From NCBI GenBank assembly GCA_964016885.1, contig OZ024741.1, positions 260,834,001 through 260,898,000 of the forward strand: a stretch of DNA of 64,000 nt, read 5' to 3'. Source of the DNA: Eledone cirrhosa. Its lineage: Eukaryota. Numbering within the stretch: the first letter of the stretch is position 1; each line of letters starts with the position of its first letter. Positions 25,883-41,246 of this stretch are shown one piece after another. The translations under genes were made by a program, and so were the position numbers. Below the pieces are notes generated by a model. The model was not told where the DNA came from and made no database searches. It worked only from the letters and a program-made list of their open reading frames with translations.

Positions 25883-28627
25883 GTTTCGCTTTACGAGTGT
25901 TTCGACTTACGAGTGTTTCGACATACGAGTGTTTCGACTTCCGAATGTTTTTGCTTACGGGTGTTTCGACGTACGAATGTTTTGGCTTACGAGTGTTTCG
26001 GCTTACGAGTGTTCCGACTTAGGAGTGTTTCGGCTTACGAGTGTTTCCGGCTTACGAGTGTTTCGACTTACGAGTGTTTCGACTTTCGAGTGTTTTGACT
26101 TACGGGTGTTTTGACTTACGGGTGTTGTGAATTACCAGTGTTCCGATTTACGAGTGTTTTGACTTACGGTGTTTCGGCTTGCGAGTGTTTCGACTTACGA
26201 GTGTTTCGGCTTATGAGTGTTTCGACTTACTAATGTTTTTACTTACGAGTGTTTCGGCGTTCGAGTGTTTTGCTTTACGAGTGTTTCGACTTAAGAGTGT
26301 TTTGACTTACGAATGTTTTGACTTATGAGTGTTTCGACTTACGAGTGTTCTGACTTACGAGTGTTCTGACTTACGAATGTTCCGACTTACGAGTGTTTCG
26401 GTTTACGAGTGTTTCGACATACGAGTGTTTTGACTTACGGGTGTTTCGACTTACGATTGTTTTGACTTACGATTGTTTTGGCTTACGAATGTTTCGACTT
26501 ACGAGTGTTTCGACTTACGAGTGTTTTGACTTACGAGTGTTTTGTCTTACGGGTGTTTTGACATACGAGTGTTTCGATACGAGTGTTCTGACTTACGAGT
26601 GTTCTGACTTACGAGTGTTCTGACTTACGAGTGTTCTGACTTACGAGTGTTCTGACTTACGGGTGTTCTGACTTACGAGTGTTCCGACTTACGAGTGATT
26701 CGGCTTATGAGGGTTTCGACTTACGAGTGCTTCGGCTTACGAGTGTTTCGACCTACGAGTGTTTCGGCTTACGAGTGTTTTGGCGTACGAATGTTTTGGC
26801 TTACGCGTGTTTCGGCTTACGAGTGTTTCGAATTACGAGTGTTTCGACTTACGAGTGTTTTGACTTACGGTGTTTCGGCTTACGAGTGTTTCGACTCACG
26901 AGAGTTTTAACTTACGGGTGTTTCGACTTACGCGTGTTTCGACTTACGAATGTTCCGACTTACGAGTGTTTCGACTTACGAGTGTTTCGGCGTACGAGTG
27001 TTTCGACTTACGAGTGTTTTGACTTACGTGTGTTTCGGCTTACGAGTGTTTTGACTTACGAGTGTTTGGACTTACGGGTGTTTCGGCTTACGAGTCTTTC
27101 GACTTACGAGTGTTCTGACTTACGAGTGTTCCGACTTACCAGCGTTCCGACTTACGAGTGTTTCGGCTTACGAGTGTTCCGACTTACGAGTGTTTCGACT
27201 TACGAGTGTTTTGACTTACGGTGTTTCGGCTTACGAGTGTTTTGACTTACGAGTGTTTTGACTTACGGGTGTTTTGACATACGAGTGTTTCGATATGAGT
27301 GTTCTGACTTACGAGTGTTCTGACTTACGAGCGTTCTGACTTACGAGTGTTCTGACTTACGAGTGGTCTGACTTACGGGTGTTCTTACTTACGAGTGTTC
27401 CGACTTACGAGTGTTTCAGCTTATGAGTGTTTCGACTTACGAGTGCTTCGGTTTACGAGTGTTTCGACTTACGAGTGTTTCGACTTACGAGTGTTTTGAC
27501 TTACGAGTGTTTTGACTAACGGTGTTTCTGCTTACGAGTGTTTCGACTTACGAGTGTTATGACTTACGGGTGTTTTGACATACGAGTGTTTCGATACGAG
27601 TGTTTCGACTTACGAGTGTTACGAGTGTTCTGACTTACGAGTGTTTCGACTTACGAGTGTTCTGACCTACGAGTGTTCTGACTTACGAGTGTTTCGACTT
27701 ACGAGTGTTTTGACTTACGGGTGTTTCGACTTACGAGTGTTTCGAGTTACGAGTGTTTCGAGATACGAGTGTTTCGACTTACGAGTGTTTTTACTTACGA
27801 ATGTTGTGAATTACGGGTGTTTCGGCTTACGAGTGTTTCGACTTACGAGTGTTTTGACTTACGGGTGTTTTGACTTACGGGTGTTGTGAATTACGAGTGT
27901 TCCGATTTACGAGTGTTTTGACTTACGGTGTTTCGGCTAACGAGTGATTCGACTTACGAGTGTTTCGGCTTGCGAGTGTTTCGACTTACTAATGTTTTTA
28001 CTTACGAGTTTTTCGGCGTACGAGTGTTTCGACTTACGAGTGTTTCGACTTACGGGTGTTTTGACTTAAGGGTGTTTCGACTTACAAGTGTTTCGACTTA
28101 CGAGTGTTTCAACTTACGAGTGTTCTGACTTACGATTGTTCTGATTTACGGATGTTTCAACATACGAGTGTTTCGACTTAGGAGTGTTTCGACTTACGAG
28201 TGTTTTGACTTACGGGTGTTTTAACATACGAGTGTTTCGATACGAGTGTTTCGACTTACGAGTGTTCTGACTTACGACTGTTCTGACTTACGAGTGTTCT
28301 GACTTACGAGTGTTCTGATTTACGAGTGTTCCGACTTACGAGTGTTTCGGCTTACGAGTGTTTCGGCTTACGAGTGTTTCGACTTACGAGTGTTTCGACT
28401 TACGAGTGTTCCGACTTACGGGTGTTTCGACTTACGAGTGGTTTGGCTTACGGTGTTTCGGCTTACGAGTGTTTCGAGTTACGAGTGTTTTGACTTACGC
28501 GTGTTTTGACATACGAGTGTTTCGATACGAGTGTTCTGACTTACGAGTGTTCTGACTTACGAGTGTTCCGACTTTACGAGTGTTTCGGCTCACGAGTGTT
28601 TCGGCTTACGAGTGTTTCGACTTACGA

Positions 28628-28696
28628 AAATAACAAATAGACGCGGTTTCAAATCTCTATGATTTTCAAATTCATTACATTAATCTTTATTTATAC
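28628..28696 (+). repeat. 69-bp AT-rich element, copy 6, haplotype A
   Basis: Matches copy 1 by eye. Confidence 0.95.
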
Positions 28697-30399
28697 GTTT
28701 CGCTTTACGAGTGTTTCGACTTACGAGTGTTTCGACATACGAGTGTTTCGACTTCCGAATGTTTTTGCTTACGGGTGTTTCGACTTACGAATGTTTCGGC
28801 TTACGAGTGTTTCGGCTTACGAGTGTTCCGACTTAGGAGTGTTTCGGCTTACGAGTGTTTCCGGCTTACGAGTGTTTCGACTTACGAGTGTTTCGACTTT
28901 CGAGTGTTTTGACTTACGGTGTTTCGGCTTACGAGTGATTCGACTTACGAGTGTTTTGACTTACGGGTGTTTTGACTTACGGGTGTTGTGAATTACCAGT
29001 GTTCCGATTTACGAGTATTTTGACTTACGGTGTTTCGGCTTGCGAGTGTTTCGACTCACGAGTGTTTCGGCTTATGAGTGTTTCGACTTACTAATGTTTT
29101 TACTTACGAGTGTTTCGGCGTTCGAGTGTTTTGCCTTACGAGTGTTTCGACTTAAGAGTGTTTTGACTTACGAATGTTTTGACTTACGGGTGTTTCGGCT
29201 TATGAGTGTTTCGACTTACGAGTGTTTCGACTTACGAGTGTTTCGACTTACGAGTGTTCTGACTTACGAGTGTTCTGACTTACGAATGTTCCGACTTACG
29301 AGTGTTTCGGTTTACGAGTGTTTCGACATACGAGTGTTTTGACTTACGGGTGTTTCGACTTACGGGTGTTTCGAATTACGAGTGTTTCGGCTTACGAGTG
29401 TTTCGACTTACTAATGTTTTTACTTACGAGTGTTTCGGTGTACGAGTGTTTCGACTTACTAATGTTTTTACTTACGAGTGTTTCGGCGTACGAGAGTTTT
29501 GACTTACGAGTGTTTCGACTTACGAGTATTTTGACTTACGAATGTTTTGACTTACGGGTGTTTCGGCTTATGAGTGTTTCGACTTACGAGTCTTTCGGCT
29601 TACGAGTGTTTCGACTTATGGGTGTTTCGACTTACGAGTGTTTTTACTTACGGTGTTTCGGCTTACGAGTGTTTCGACATACGAGTGTTTTGACTTACGG
29701 GTGTTTCGACTTACGAGTGTTTTGACTTACGAATGTTTTGACTTACGGGTGTTTCGGCTTACGAGTGTTTCGACTTACGAGTGTTTCGGCTTACGAGTGT
29801 TTCGACTTACTAATGTTTTTACTTACGAGTGTTTCGGCGTACGAGAGTTTTGACTTACGAGTGTTTCGACTTACGAGTGTTTTGACTTACGAATGTTTTG
29901 ACTTACGGGTGTTTCGGCTTATGAGTGTTTCGACTTACGAGTCTTTCGGCTTACGAGTGTTTCGACTTACTAATGTTTTTACTTACGAGTGTTTCGGCGT
30001 ACGAGTGTTTCGACTTACGAGTGTTTCGACTTACGGGTGTTTTGACTTAAGGGTGTTTCGGCTTACGAGTGTTTCGACTTACGAGTGTTTTGACTTAAGG
30101 GTGTTTCGACTTACGGTGTTTCGGCTTACGAGTGTTTCGACTTACGAGTGTTTTGACTTACGAGTGTTCTGATTTACGGATGTTTCGACATAGAGTGTTT
30201 CGACTTACGAGTGTTTCGACTTATGAGTGTTTCGACTTACGAGTGTTTAGGCTTACGAGTGTTTCGACTTACGAGTGTTTTGACTTACGGTGTTAGGGCT
30301 TACGAGTGTTTCGACTTACGAGTGTTTTGACTTACGGGTGTTTTGACATACGAGTGTTTCGATACGAGTGTTCTGACTTACGAGTGTTCTGACTTACGA

Positions 30400-33300
30400 G
30401 TGTTTTGACTTACGAGTGTTCTGACTTACGAGTGTTCCGACTTACGAGTGTTCCGACTTACGAGTGTTTCGGCTTACGAGTGTTTCGGCTTACGAGTGTT
30501 TCGACTTCCGAGTGTTTTGACTTACGGTGTTTCGGCTTACGAGTGATTCGACTTACGAGTGTTTTGACTTACGGGTGATTTGACTTACGGGTGTTGTGAA
30601 TTACGAGTGTTCCGATTTACGAGTGTTTTGACTTACGGTGTTTCGGCTTACGAGTGATTCGACTTACGAGTGTTTCGGCTTATGGGTGTTTCGACTTACT
30701 AATGTTTTTACTTACGAGTGTTTCGGCGTACGAGTGTTTTGACTTACGAGTGTTTCGACTTACGAGTGTTTCGACTTAAGAGTGTTTCGGTTTACGTGAG
30801 TTTCGACTTAAGTGTGTTCTGATTTACGACTGTTCTGACTTGCGGGTGTTCTGATTTACGAGTGTTCCGACTTACGAGTGTTTCGGCTTATGAGTGTTTC
30901 GACTTACGAGTGTTTCGGCTTACGCGTGTTTCGACTTATGGGTGTTTCGACTTACGAGTGTTTTTAATTACGGTGTTTCGGCTTACGAGTGTTTCGACAT
31001 ACGAGTGTTTTGACTTACGGGTGTTTCGACTTACGAGTGTTTTGACTTACGAATGTTTTGACTTACGGGTGTTTCGGCTTACGAGTGTTTCGACTTACGA
31101 GTGTTTCGGATTACGAGTGTTTCGACTTACTAATGTTCTTACTTACGAGTGTTTCGGCGTACGAGAGTTTTGACTTACGAGTGTTTCGACTTACGAGTGT
31201 TTCGACTTACGAGTGTTTTGACTTACGAATGTTTTGACTTACGGGTGTTTCGGCTTACGAGTGTTTCGACTTACGAGTCTTTCGGCTTACGAGTGTTTCG
31301 ACTTACTAATGTTTTTACTTACGAGTGTTTCGGCGTACGAGTGTTTCGACTTACGAGTGTTTCGACTAACGGGTGTTTTGACTTACGGGTGTTTCGGCTT
31401 ACGGGTGTTTTGACTTACGAGTGTTTTAACTTAAGGGTGTTTCGACTTACGAGTATTTTTGGCTTACGAGTGTTTCGACTTACGAGTGTTTTGACTTACG
31501 AGTGTTCTGATTTACGGATGTTTCGACATACAAGTGTTTCGACTTACGAGTGTTTCGACTTATGAGTGTTTCGACTTACGACTGTTTCGACTTACGAGTG
31601 TTTCGGCTTATGAGTGTTTCGACTTACGAGTGTTTCGACTTACGAGTGTTCTGACTTACGGGTGTTTTGACATACGAGTGTTTCGATACGAGTGTTCTGA
31701 CTTACGAGTGTTCTGACTTACGAGTGTTTTGACTCACGAGTGTTCTGACTTACGAGTGTTCCGACTTACGAGTGTTCCGACTTACGAGTGTTTCGGCTTA
31801 CGAGTGTTTCCGGCTTACGAGTGTTTCGACTTACGAGTGTTTTGACTTACGGTGTTTCGACTTACGAGTGTTTTGACTTACGGGTGTTTTGACTGACGGG
31901 TGTTGTGAATTACGAGTGTTCCGATTTACGAGTGTTTTGACTTACGGTGTTTCGGCTTACGAGTGATTCGACTTACGAATGTTTTGACTCACGGGTGTTT
32001 CGGCTTGCGAGTGTTTCGACTTACGAGTGTTTCGGCTTACGAGTGTTTCGACTTACTAATTTTTTTACTTACGAGTGTTTCGGCGTACGAGAGTTTTGAC
32101 TTACGAGTGTTTCGACTTACGAGTGTTTTGACTTACGAATGTTTTGACTTACGGGTGTTTCGGCTTATGAGTGTTTCGACTTACGAGTCTTTCGGCTTAC
32201 GAGTGTTTCGACTTACTAATGTTTTTACTTACGAGTGTTTCGGCGTACGAGTGTTTCGACTTACGAGTGTTTCGACTTACGGGTGTTTTGACTTACGGGT
32301 GTTTCGGCTTACGAGTGTTTCGACTTACGATTGTTTGGCTTACGAATGTTTCGGCTTACGAGTGTTTCGACTTTCGAGAGTTTTGACTTACGGTGTTTCG
32401 GCTTACGAGTGTTTCGACTTACGAGTGTTTTGACTTACGGATGTTTTGACATACGAGTGTTTCGATACGAGTGTTCTGACTTACGAGTGTTCTGACTTAC
32501 GAGTGTTCTGACTTACGCGTGTTCTGACTTACGAGTGTTCCGACTTACGAGTGTTTCGGCTTATGAGGGTTTCGACTTACGAGTGCTTCGGCTTACGAGT
32601 GTTTCGACTTACGAGTGTTTTGACTTACGGTGTTTCGGCTTACGAGTGATTCAACTTACGAGTGTTTTGACTTACGGGTGTTTTGACTTACGGGTGTTGT
32701 GAATTACGAGTGTTTCGGTTTACGAGTGTTTCGACATACGAGTGTTTTGACTTACGGGTGTTTCGACTTACGGGTGTTTCGACTTACGAGTGTTTCGGCT
32801 TACGAGTGTTTCGACTTACTAATGTTTTTACTTACGAGTGTTTCGGTGTACGAGTGTTTCGACTTAAGGATGTTTCGACTTGCGAGTGTTTCGACTTACG
32901 TGTGTTTCGGCTTACGTGAGTTTCGACTTAAGAGTGTTCTGATTTACGAGTGTTCTGACTTGCGGGTGTTCTGATTTACGAGTGTTCCGACTTACGAGTG
33001 TTTCGGCTTATGAGTGTTTCGACTTACGAGTGTTTCGGCTTACGAGTGTTTCGACTTATGGGTGTTTCGACTTACGAGTGTTTTTACTTACGGTGTTTCG
33101 GCTTACGAGTGTTTCAACATACGAGTGTTCAGACTTACGAGTGTTCCGACTTACGAGCGTTCCGACTTACAAGTGTTTCGATTACGAGTGTTAAGACTTA
33201 CGGGTGTTTTGACATACGAGTGTTTCGATACGTGTGTTTCGACTTACGAGTGTTACGAGTGTTCTGACTTACGAGTGTTCTGACTTACGAGTGTTCTGAC

Positions 33301-34200
33301 TTACGAGTGTTCTGACTTACGAGTGTTCTGACTTACGAGTGTTCTGACTTACGAGCGTTCTGACTTACGAGTGTTCCGACTTACGAGTGTTTCGGCTTAC
33401 GAGTGTTTCGACTTACGAGTGTTCTGACTTACGAATGTTTTGACTTACGGGTGTTTCGGCTTATGAGTGTTTCGACTTACGAGTCTTTCGGCTTACGAGT
33501 GTTTCGACTTACTAATGTTTTTACTTACGAGTGTTTCGGCGTACGAGTGTTTCGACTTACGAGTGTTTCGACTTACGGGTGTTTTGACTTAAGGGTGTTT
33601 CGGCTTACGAGTGTTTCGACTTACGAGTGTTTTGACTTAAGGGTGTTTCGACTTACGGTGTTTCGGCTTACGAGTGTTTCGACTTACGAGTGTTTTGACT
33701 TACGAGTGTTCTGATTTACGGATGTTTCGACATAGAGTGTTTCGACTTACGAGTGTTTCGACTTATGAGTGTTTCGACTTACGAGTGTTTAGGCTTACGA
33801 GTGTTTCGACTTACGAGTGTTTTGACTTACGGTGTTTCGGCTTACGAGTGTTTCGACTTACGAGTGTTTTGACTTACGGGTGTTTTGACATACGAGTGTT
33901 TCGATACGAGTGATCTGACTTACGAGTGTTCTGACTTACGAGTGTTTTGACTTACGAGTGTTCTGACTTACGAGTGTTCCGACTTACAAGTGTTCCGACT
34001 TACGAGTGTTTCGGCTTACGAGTGTTTCCGGCTTACGAGTGTTTCGACTTCCGAGTGTTTTGACTTACGGTGTTTCGGCTTACGAGTGATTCGACTTACG
34101 AGTGTTTTGACTTACGGGTGATTTGACTTACGGGTGTTGTGAATTACGAGTGTTCCGATTTACGAGTGTTTTGACTTACGGTGTTTCGGCTTACGAGTGA
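30400..34200 (+). repeat. Higher-order block duplicated at about 43000-46750 (offset 12554-12570)
   Basis: Landmarks 30862/43432, 31149/43719, 32171/44725, 32683/45237, 32982/45536, 33403/45957, 33674/46228. Boundaries approximate. Confidence 0.75.
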
Positions 34201-35295
34201 TTCGACTTACGAATGTTTTGACTTACGGGTGTTTCGGCTTGCGAGTGTTTCGACTTTCGAGTGTTTCGGCTTATGAGTGTTTCGACTTACTAATGTTTTT
34301 ACTTACGAGTGTTCTGACTTACGAGGGTTCCGACTTAAGAGTGTTCCGACTTACGAGTGTTTCGGCTTACGAGTGTTTCCGTCTTACGAGTGTTTCGACT
34401 TACGAGTGTTTCGACTTACGAGTGTTTTGACTTACGGTGTTTCGACTTACGAGTGATTCGACTTACGAGTGTTTTGACTTACGGGTGTTTTGACTTACGG
34501 GTGTTGTGAATTACGAGTGTTCCGATTTACGAGTGTTTTGACTTACGGTGTTTCGGCTAACGAGTGATTCGACTTACGAATGTTTTGACTTACGGGTGTT
34601 TCGGCTTACGAGTGTTTCGACTTACGAGTGTTTCGGCTTGCGAGTGTTTCGAGTTACTAATGTTTTTACTTACGGGTGTTTCCGCGTACGAGTGTTTCGA
34701 CTTACGAGTGTTTCGACTTACGGGTGTTTTGACTTAAGGGTGTTTCGACTTACAAGTGTTTCGACTTACGAGTGTTTCGAATTACGAGTGTTCTGACTTA
34801 CGAGTGTTCTGATTTACGGATGTTTCGACATACGAGTGTTTCGACTTACGAGTGTTTCGACTTACGAGTGTTTTGACTTACGGGTGTTTTGACATGCGAG
34901 TGTTTCGATACGAGTGTTTCGACTTACGAGTGTTCTGACTTACGAGTGTTCTGACTTACGAGTGTTCTGAATTACGAGTGTTCTGATTTACGAGTGTTCC
35001 GACTTACGAGTCTTTCGGCTTACGAGTGTTTCGGCTTACGAGTGTTTCGACTTACGAGTGTTTCGACTTACGAGTGTTCCGACTTACGGGTGTTTCGACT
35101 TACGAGTGGTTTGGCTTACGGTGTTTCGGCTTACGAGTGTTTCGAGTTACGAGTGTTTTGACTTACGCGTGTTTTGACATACGAGTGTTTCGATACGAGT
35201 GTTCTGACTTACGAGTGTTCTGACTTACGAGTGTTCCGACTTTACGAGTGTTTCGACTCACGAGTGTTTCGGCTTACGAGTGTTTCGACTTACGA

Positions 35296-35364
35296 AAATA
35301 ACAAATAGACGCGGTTTCAAATCTCTATGATTTTCAAATTCATTACATTAATCTTTATTTATAC
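35296..35364 (+). repeat. 69-bp AT-rich element, copy 7, haplotype A
   Basis: Matches copy 1 by eye. Confidence 0.95.
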
Positions 35365-37151
35365 GTTTCGCTTTACGAGTGTTTCGACTTACGAGTGTTT
35401 CGACATACGAGTGTTTCGACTTCCGAATGTTTTTGCTTACGGGTGTTTCGACTTACGAATGTTTCGGCTTACGAGTGTTTCGGCTTACGAGTGTTCCGAC
35501 TTAGGAGTGTTTCGGCTTACGAGTGTTTCCGACTTACGAGTGTTTCGACTTACGAGTGTTTCGACTTTCGAGTGTTTTGACTTACGGTGTTTCGGCTTAC
35601 GAGTGATTCGACTTACGAGTGTTTTGACTTACGGGTGTTTTGATTTACGGGTGTTGTGAATTACCAGTGTTCCGATTTACGAGTATTTTGGCTTACGGTG
35701 TTTCGGCTTGCGAGTGTTTCGACTTACGAGTGTTTCGGCTTATGAGTGTTTTGACTTACTAATGTTTTTACTTACGAGTGTTTCGGCGTTCGAGTGTTTT
35801 GCTTTACGAGTGTTTCGACTTAAGAGTGTTTTGACTTACGAATGTTTTGACTTACGGGTGTTTCGGCTTATGAGTGTTTCGACTTACGAGTGTTTCGACT
35901 TATGAGTGTTTCGACTTACGAGTGTTCTGACTTACGAGTGTTCTGACTTACGAATGTTCCGACTTACGAGTGTTTCGGTTTACGAGTGTTTCGACATACG
36001 AGTGTTTTGACTTACGGGTGTTTCGACTTACGGGTGTTTCGAATTACGAGTGTTTCGGCTTACGAGTGTTTCGACTTACTAATGTTTTTACTTACGAGTG
36101 TTTCGGTGTACGAATGTTTTGACTTAAGGATGTTTCGACTGACGAGTGTTTCGACTTACGAGTGTTTCGGCTTACGTGAGTTTCGACTTAAGAGTGTTCT
36201 GATTTACGAGTGTTCTGACTTGCGGGTGTTCTGATTTACGAGTGTTCCGACTTACGAGTGTTTCGGCTCATGAGTGTTTCGACTTACGAGTGTTTCGGCT
36301 TACGAGTGTTTCGACTTATGGGTGTTTCGACTTACGAGTGTTTTTATTTACGGTGTTTCGGCTTACGAGTGTTTCGACATACGAGTGTTTTGACTTACGG
36401 GTGTTTCGACTTACGAGTGTTTTGACTTACGAATGTTTTGACTTACGGGTGTTTCGGCTTACGAGTGTTTCGACTTACGAGTGTTTCGGCTTACGAGTGT
36501 TTCGACTTACTAATGTTTTTACTTACGAGTGTTTCGGCGTACCAGAGTTTTGACTTACGAGTGTTTCGACTTACGAGTGTTTTGACTTACGAATGTTTTG
36601 ACTTACGGGTGTTTCGGCTTATGAGTGTTTCGACTTACGAGTCTGTCGGCTTACGAGTGTTTCGACTTACTAATGTTTTTACTTACGAGTGTTTCGGCGT
36701 ACGAGTGTTTCGACTTACGAGTGTTTCGACTTACGGGTGTTTTGACTTACGAGTGTTTCGACTTACGAGTATTTTTGGCTTACGAGTGTTTCGACTTACG
36801 AGTGTTTTGACTTACGAGTGTTCTGAATTACGAGTGTTCTGATTTACGAGTGTTCCGACTTACGAGTCTTTCGGCTTACGAGTGTTTCGGCTTACGAGTG
36901 TTTCGACTTACGAGTGTTTCGACTTACGAGTGTTCCGACTTACGGGTGTTTCGACTTACGAGTGGTTTGGCTTACGGTGTTTCGGCTTACGAGTGTTTCG
37001 AGTTACGAGTGTTTTGACTTACGCGTGTTTTGACATACGAGTGTTTCGATACGAGTGTTCTGACTTACGAGTGTTCTGACTTACGAGTGTTCCGACTTTA
37101 CGAGTGTTTCGGCTCACGAGTGTTTCGGCTTACGAGTGTTTCGACTTACGA

Positions 37152-37220
37152 AAATAACAAATAAACGCGGTTTCAAATCTCTATGATTTTCAAATTCATT
37201 ACATTAATCTTTATTTATAC
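37152..37220 (+). repeat. 69-bp AT-rich element, copy 8, haplotype A'
   Basis: Variant caaataAacgcgg. Confidence 0.95.
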
Positions 37221-40200
37221 GTTTCGCTTTACGAGTGTTTCGACTTACGAGTGTTTCGACATACGAGTGTTTCGACTTCGGAATGTTTTTGCTTACGGGT
37301 GTTTCGACTTACGAATGTTTCGGCTTACGAGTGTTTCGGCTTACGAGTGTTCCGACTTAGGAGTGTTTCGGCTTACGAGTGTTTCCGACTTACGAGTGTT
37401 TCGACTTATGAGTGTTTCGACTTTCGAGTGTTTTGACTTACGGTGTTTCGGCTTACGAGTGATTCGACTTACGAGTGTTTTGACTTACGGGTGTTTTGAC
37501 TTACGGGTGTTGTGAATTACCAGTGTTCCGATTTACGAGTATTTTGGCTTACGGTGTTTCGGCTTGCGAGTGTTTCAACTTACGAGTGTTTCGGCTTATG
37601 AGTGTTTCGACTTACTAATGTTTTTACTTACGAGTGTTTCGGCGTTCGAGTGTTTTGCCTTACGAGTGTTTCGACTTAAGAGTGTTTTGACTTACGAATG
37701 TTTTGACTTACGGGTGTTTCGGCTTATGAGTGTTTCGACTTACGAGTGTTTCGACTTATGAGTGTTTCGACTTACGAGTGTTCTGACTTACGAGTGTTCT
37801 GACTTACGAATGTTCCGACTTACGAGTGTTTCGGTTTACGAGTGTTTCGACATACGAGTGTTTTGACTTACGGGTGTTTCGACTTACGGGTGTTTCGAAT
37901 TACGAGTGTTTCGGCTTACGAGTGTTTCGACTTACTAATGTTTTTACTTACGAGTGTTTCGGTGTACGAATGTTTTGACTTAAGGATGTTTCGACTTACG
38001 AGTGTTTCGACTTACGAGTGTTTCGGCTTACGTGAGTTTCGACTTAAGAGTGTTCTGATTTACGAGTGTTTCGCCTTATGAGTGTTTCGACTTACGAGTG
38101 TTTCGGCTTACGAGTGTTTCGACTTATGGGTGTTTCGACTTACGAGTGTTTTTACTTACGGTGTTTCGGCTTACGAGTGTTTCGACATACGAGTGTTTTG
38201 ACTTACGGGTGTTTCGACTTACGAGTGTTTTGACTTACGAATGTTTTGACTTACGGGTGTTTCGGCTTACGAGTGTTTCGACTTACGAGTGTTTCGGCTT
38301 ACGAGTGTTTCGATTTACTAATGTTTTTACTTACGAGTGTTTCGGCGTACGAGAGTTTTGACTTACGAGTGTTTCGACTTACGAGTGTTTTGACTTACGA
38401 ATGTTTTGACTTACGGGTGTTTCGGCTTATGAGTGTTTCGACTTACGAGTCTTTCGGCTTACGAGTGTTTCGACTTACTAATGTTTTTACTTACGAGTGT
38501 TTCGGCGTACGAGTGTTTCGACTTACGAGTGTTTCGACTTACGGGTGTTTTGACTTAAGGGTGTTTCGGCTTACGAGTGTTTCGACTTACGAGTGTTTTG
38601 ACTTAAGGGTGTTTCGACTTACGAGTATTTTTGGCTTACGAGTGTTTCGACTTACGAGTGTTTTGACTTACGAGTGTTCTGATTTACGGATGTTTCGACA
38701 TACGAGTGTTTCGACTTATGAGTGTTTCGACTTACGAGTGTTTCGGCTTACGAGTGTTTCGACTTACGAGTGTTTTGACTTACGGTGTTTCGGCTTACGA
38801 GTGTTTCGACTTACGAGTGTTTTGACTTACGGGTGTTTTGACATACGAGTGTTTCGATACGAGTGTTCTGACTTACGAGTGTTCTGACTTACGAGTGTTT
38901 TGACTTACGAGTGTTCTGACTTACGAGTGTTCCGACTTACGAGTGTTCCGACTTACGAGTGTTTCGGCTTACGAGTGTTTCCGGCTTACGAGTGTTTCGA
39001 CTTCCGAGTGTTTTGACTTACGGTTTTTCGGCTTACGAGTGATTCGACTTACGAGTGTTTTGACTTACGGGTGATTTGACTTACGGGTGTTGTGAATTAC
39101 GAGTGTTCCGATTTACGAGTGTTTTGATTTACGGTGTTTCGGCTTACGAGTGATTCGACTTACGAATGTTTTGACTTACGGGTGTTTCGGCTTGCGAGTG
39201 TTTCGACTTACGAGTGTTTCGGCTTATGGGTGTTTCGACTTACTAATGTTTTTACTTACGAGTGTTTCGGCGTACGAGTGTTTTGACTTACGAGTGTTTA
39301 GACTTACGAGTGTTTCGACTTACGAGTGTTTCGGCTTACGTGAGTTTCGACTTAAGTGTGTTCTGATTTACGAGTGTTCTGACTTGCGGGTGTTCTGATT
39401 TACGAGTGTTCCGACTTACGAGTGTTTCGGCTTATGAGTGTTTCGACTTACGAGTGTTTCGGCTTACGAGTGTTTCGACTTATGGGTGTTTCGACTTACG
39501 AGTGTTTTTACTTACGGTGTTTCGGCTTACGAGTGTTTCGACATACGAGTGTTTTGACTTACGGGTGTTTCGACTTACGAGTGTTTTGACTTACGAATGT
39601 TTTGACTTACGGGTGTTTCGGCTTACGAGTGTTTCGACTTACGAGTGTTTCGGATTACGAGTGTTTCGACTTACTAATGTTCTTACTTACGAGTGTTTCG
39701 GCGTACGAGAGTTTTGACTTACGAGTGTTTCGACTTACGAGTGTTTCGACTTACGAGTGTTTTGACTTACGAATGTTTTGACTTACGGGTGTTTCGGCTT
39801 ACGAGTGTTTCGACTTACGAGTCTTTCGGCTTACGAGTGTTTCGACTTACTAATGTTTTTACTTACGAGTGTTTCGGCGTACGAGTGTTTCGACTTACGA
39901 GTGTTTCGACTAACGGGTGTTTTGACTTACGGGTGTTTCGGCTTACGGGTGTTTTGACTTACGAGTGTTTTAACTTAAGGGTGTTTCGACTTACGAGTAT
40001 TTTTGGCTTACGAGTGTTTCGACTTACGAGTGTTTTGACTTACGAGTGTTCTGATTTACGGATGTTTCGACATACGAGTGTTTCGACTTACGAGTGTTTT
40101 GACTTATGAGTGTTTCGACTTACGACTGTTTCGACTTACGAGTGTTTCGGCTTATGAGTGTTTCGACTTACGAGTGTTTCGACTTACGAGTGTTCTGACT

Positions 40201-41177
40201 TACGGGTGTTTTGACATACGAGTGTTTCGATACGAGTGTTCTGACTTACGAGTGTTCTGACTTACGAGTGTTTTGACTCACGAGTGTTCTGACTTACGAG
40301 TGTTCCGACTTACGAGTGTTCCGACTTACGAGTGTTTCGGCTTACGAGTGTTTCCGGCTTACGAGTGTTTCGACTTACGAGTGTTTTGACTTACGGTGTT
40401 TCGACTTACGAGTGTTTTGACTTACGGGTGTTTTGACTGACGGGTGTTGTGAATTACGAGTGTTCCGATTTACGAGTGTTTTGACTTACGGTGTTTCGGC
40501 TTACGAGTGATTCGACTTACGAATGTTTTGACTCACGGGTGTTTCGGCTTGCGAGTGTTTCGACTTACGAGTGTTTCGACTTACTAATTTTTTTACTTAC
40601 GAGTGTTTCGGCGTACGAGAGTTTTGACTTACGAGTGTTTCGACTTACGAGTGTTTTGACTTACGAATGTTTTGACTTACGGGTGTTTCGGCTTATGAGT
40701 GTTTCGACTTACGAGTCTGTCGGCTTACGAGTGTTTCGACTTACTAATGTTTTTACTTACGAGTGTTTCGGCGTACGAGTGTTTCGACTTACGAGTGTTT
40801 CGACTTACGGGTGTTTTGACTTACGAGTGTTTCGACTTACGAGTATTTTTGGCTTACGAGTGTTTCGACTTACGAGTGTTTTGACTTACGAGTGTTCTGA
40901 ATTACGAGTGTTCTGATTTACGAGTGTTCCGACTTACGAGTCTTTCGGCTTACGAGTGTTTCGGCTTACGGGTGTTTCGACTTACGAGTGGTTTGGCTTA
41001 CGGTGTTTCGGCTTACGAGTGTTTCGAGTTACGAGTGTTTTGACTTACGCGTGTTTTGACATACGAGTGTTTCGATACGAGTGTTCTGACTTACGAGTGT
41101 TCTGACTTACGAGTGTTCCGACTTTACGAGTGTTTCGGCTCACGAGTGTTTCGGCTTACGAGTGTTTCGACTTACGA

Positions 41178-41246
41178 AAATAACAAATAAACGCGGTTTC
41201 AAATCTCTATGATTTTCAAATTCATTACATTAATCTTTATTTATAC
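41178..41246 (+). repeat. 69-bp AT-rich element, copy 9, haplotype A'
   Basis: Variant caaataAacgcgg, 4026 bp after copy 8. Confidence 0.95.
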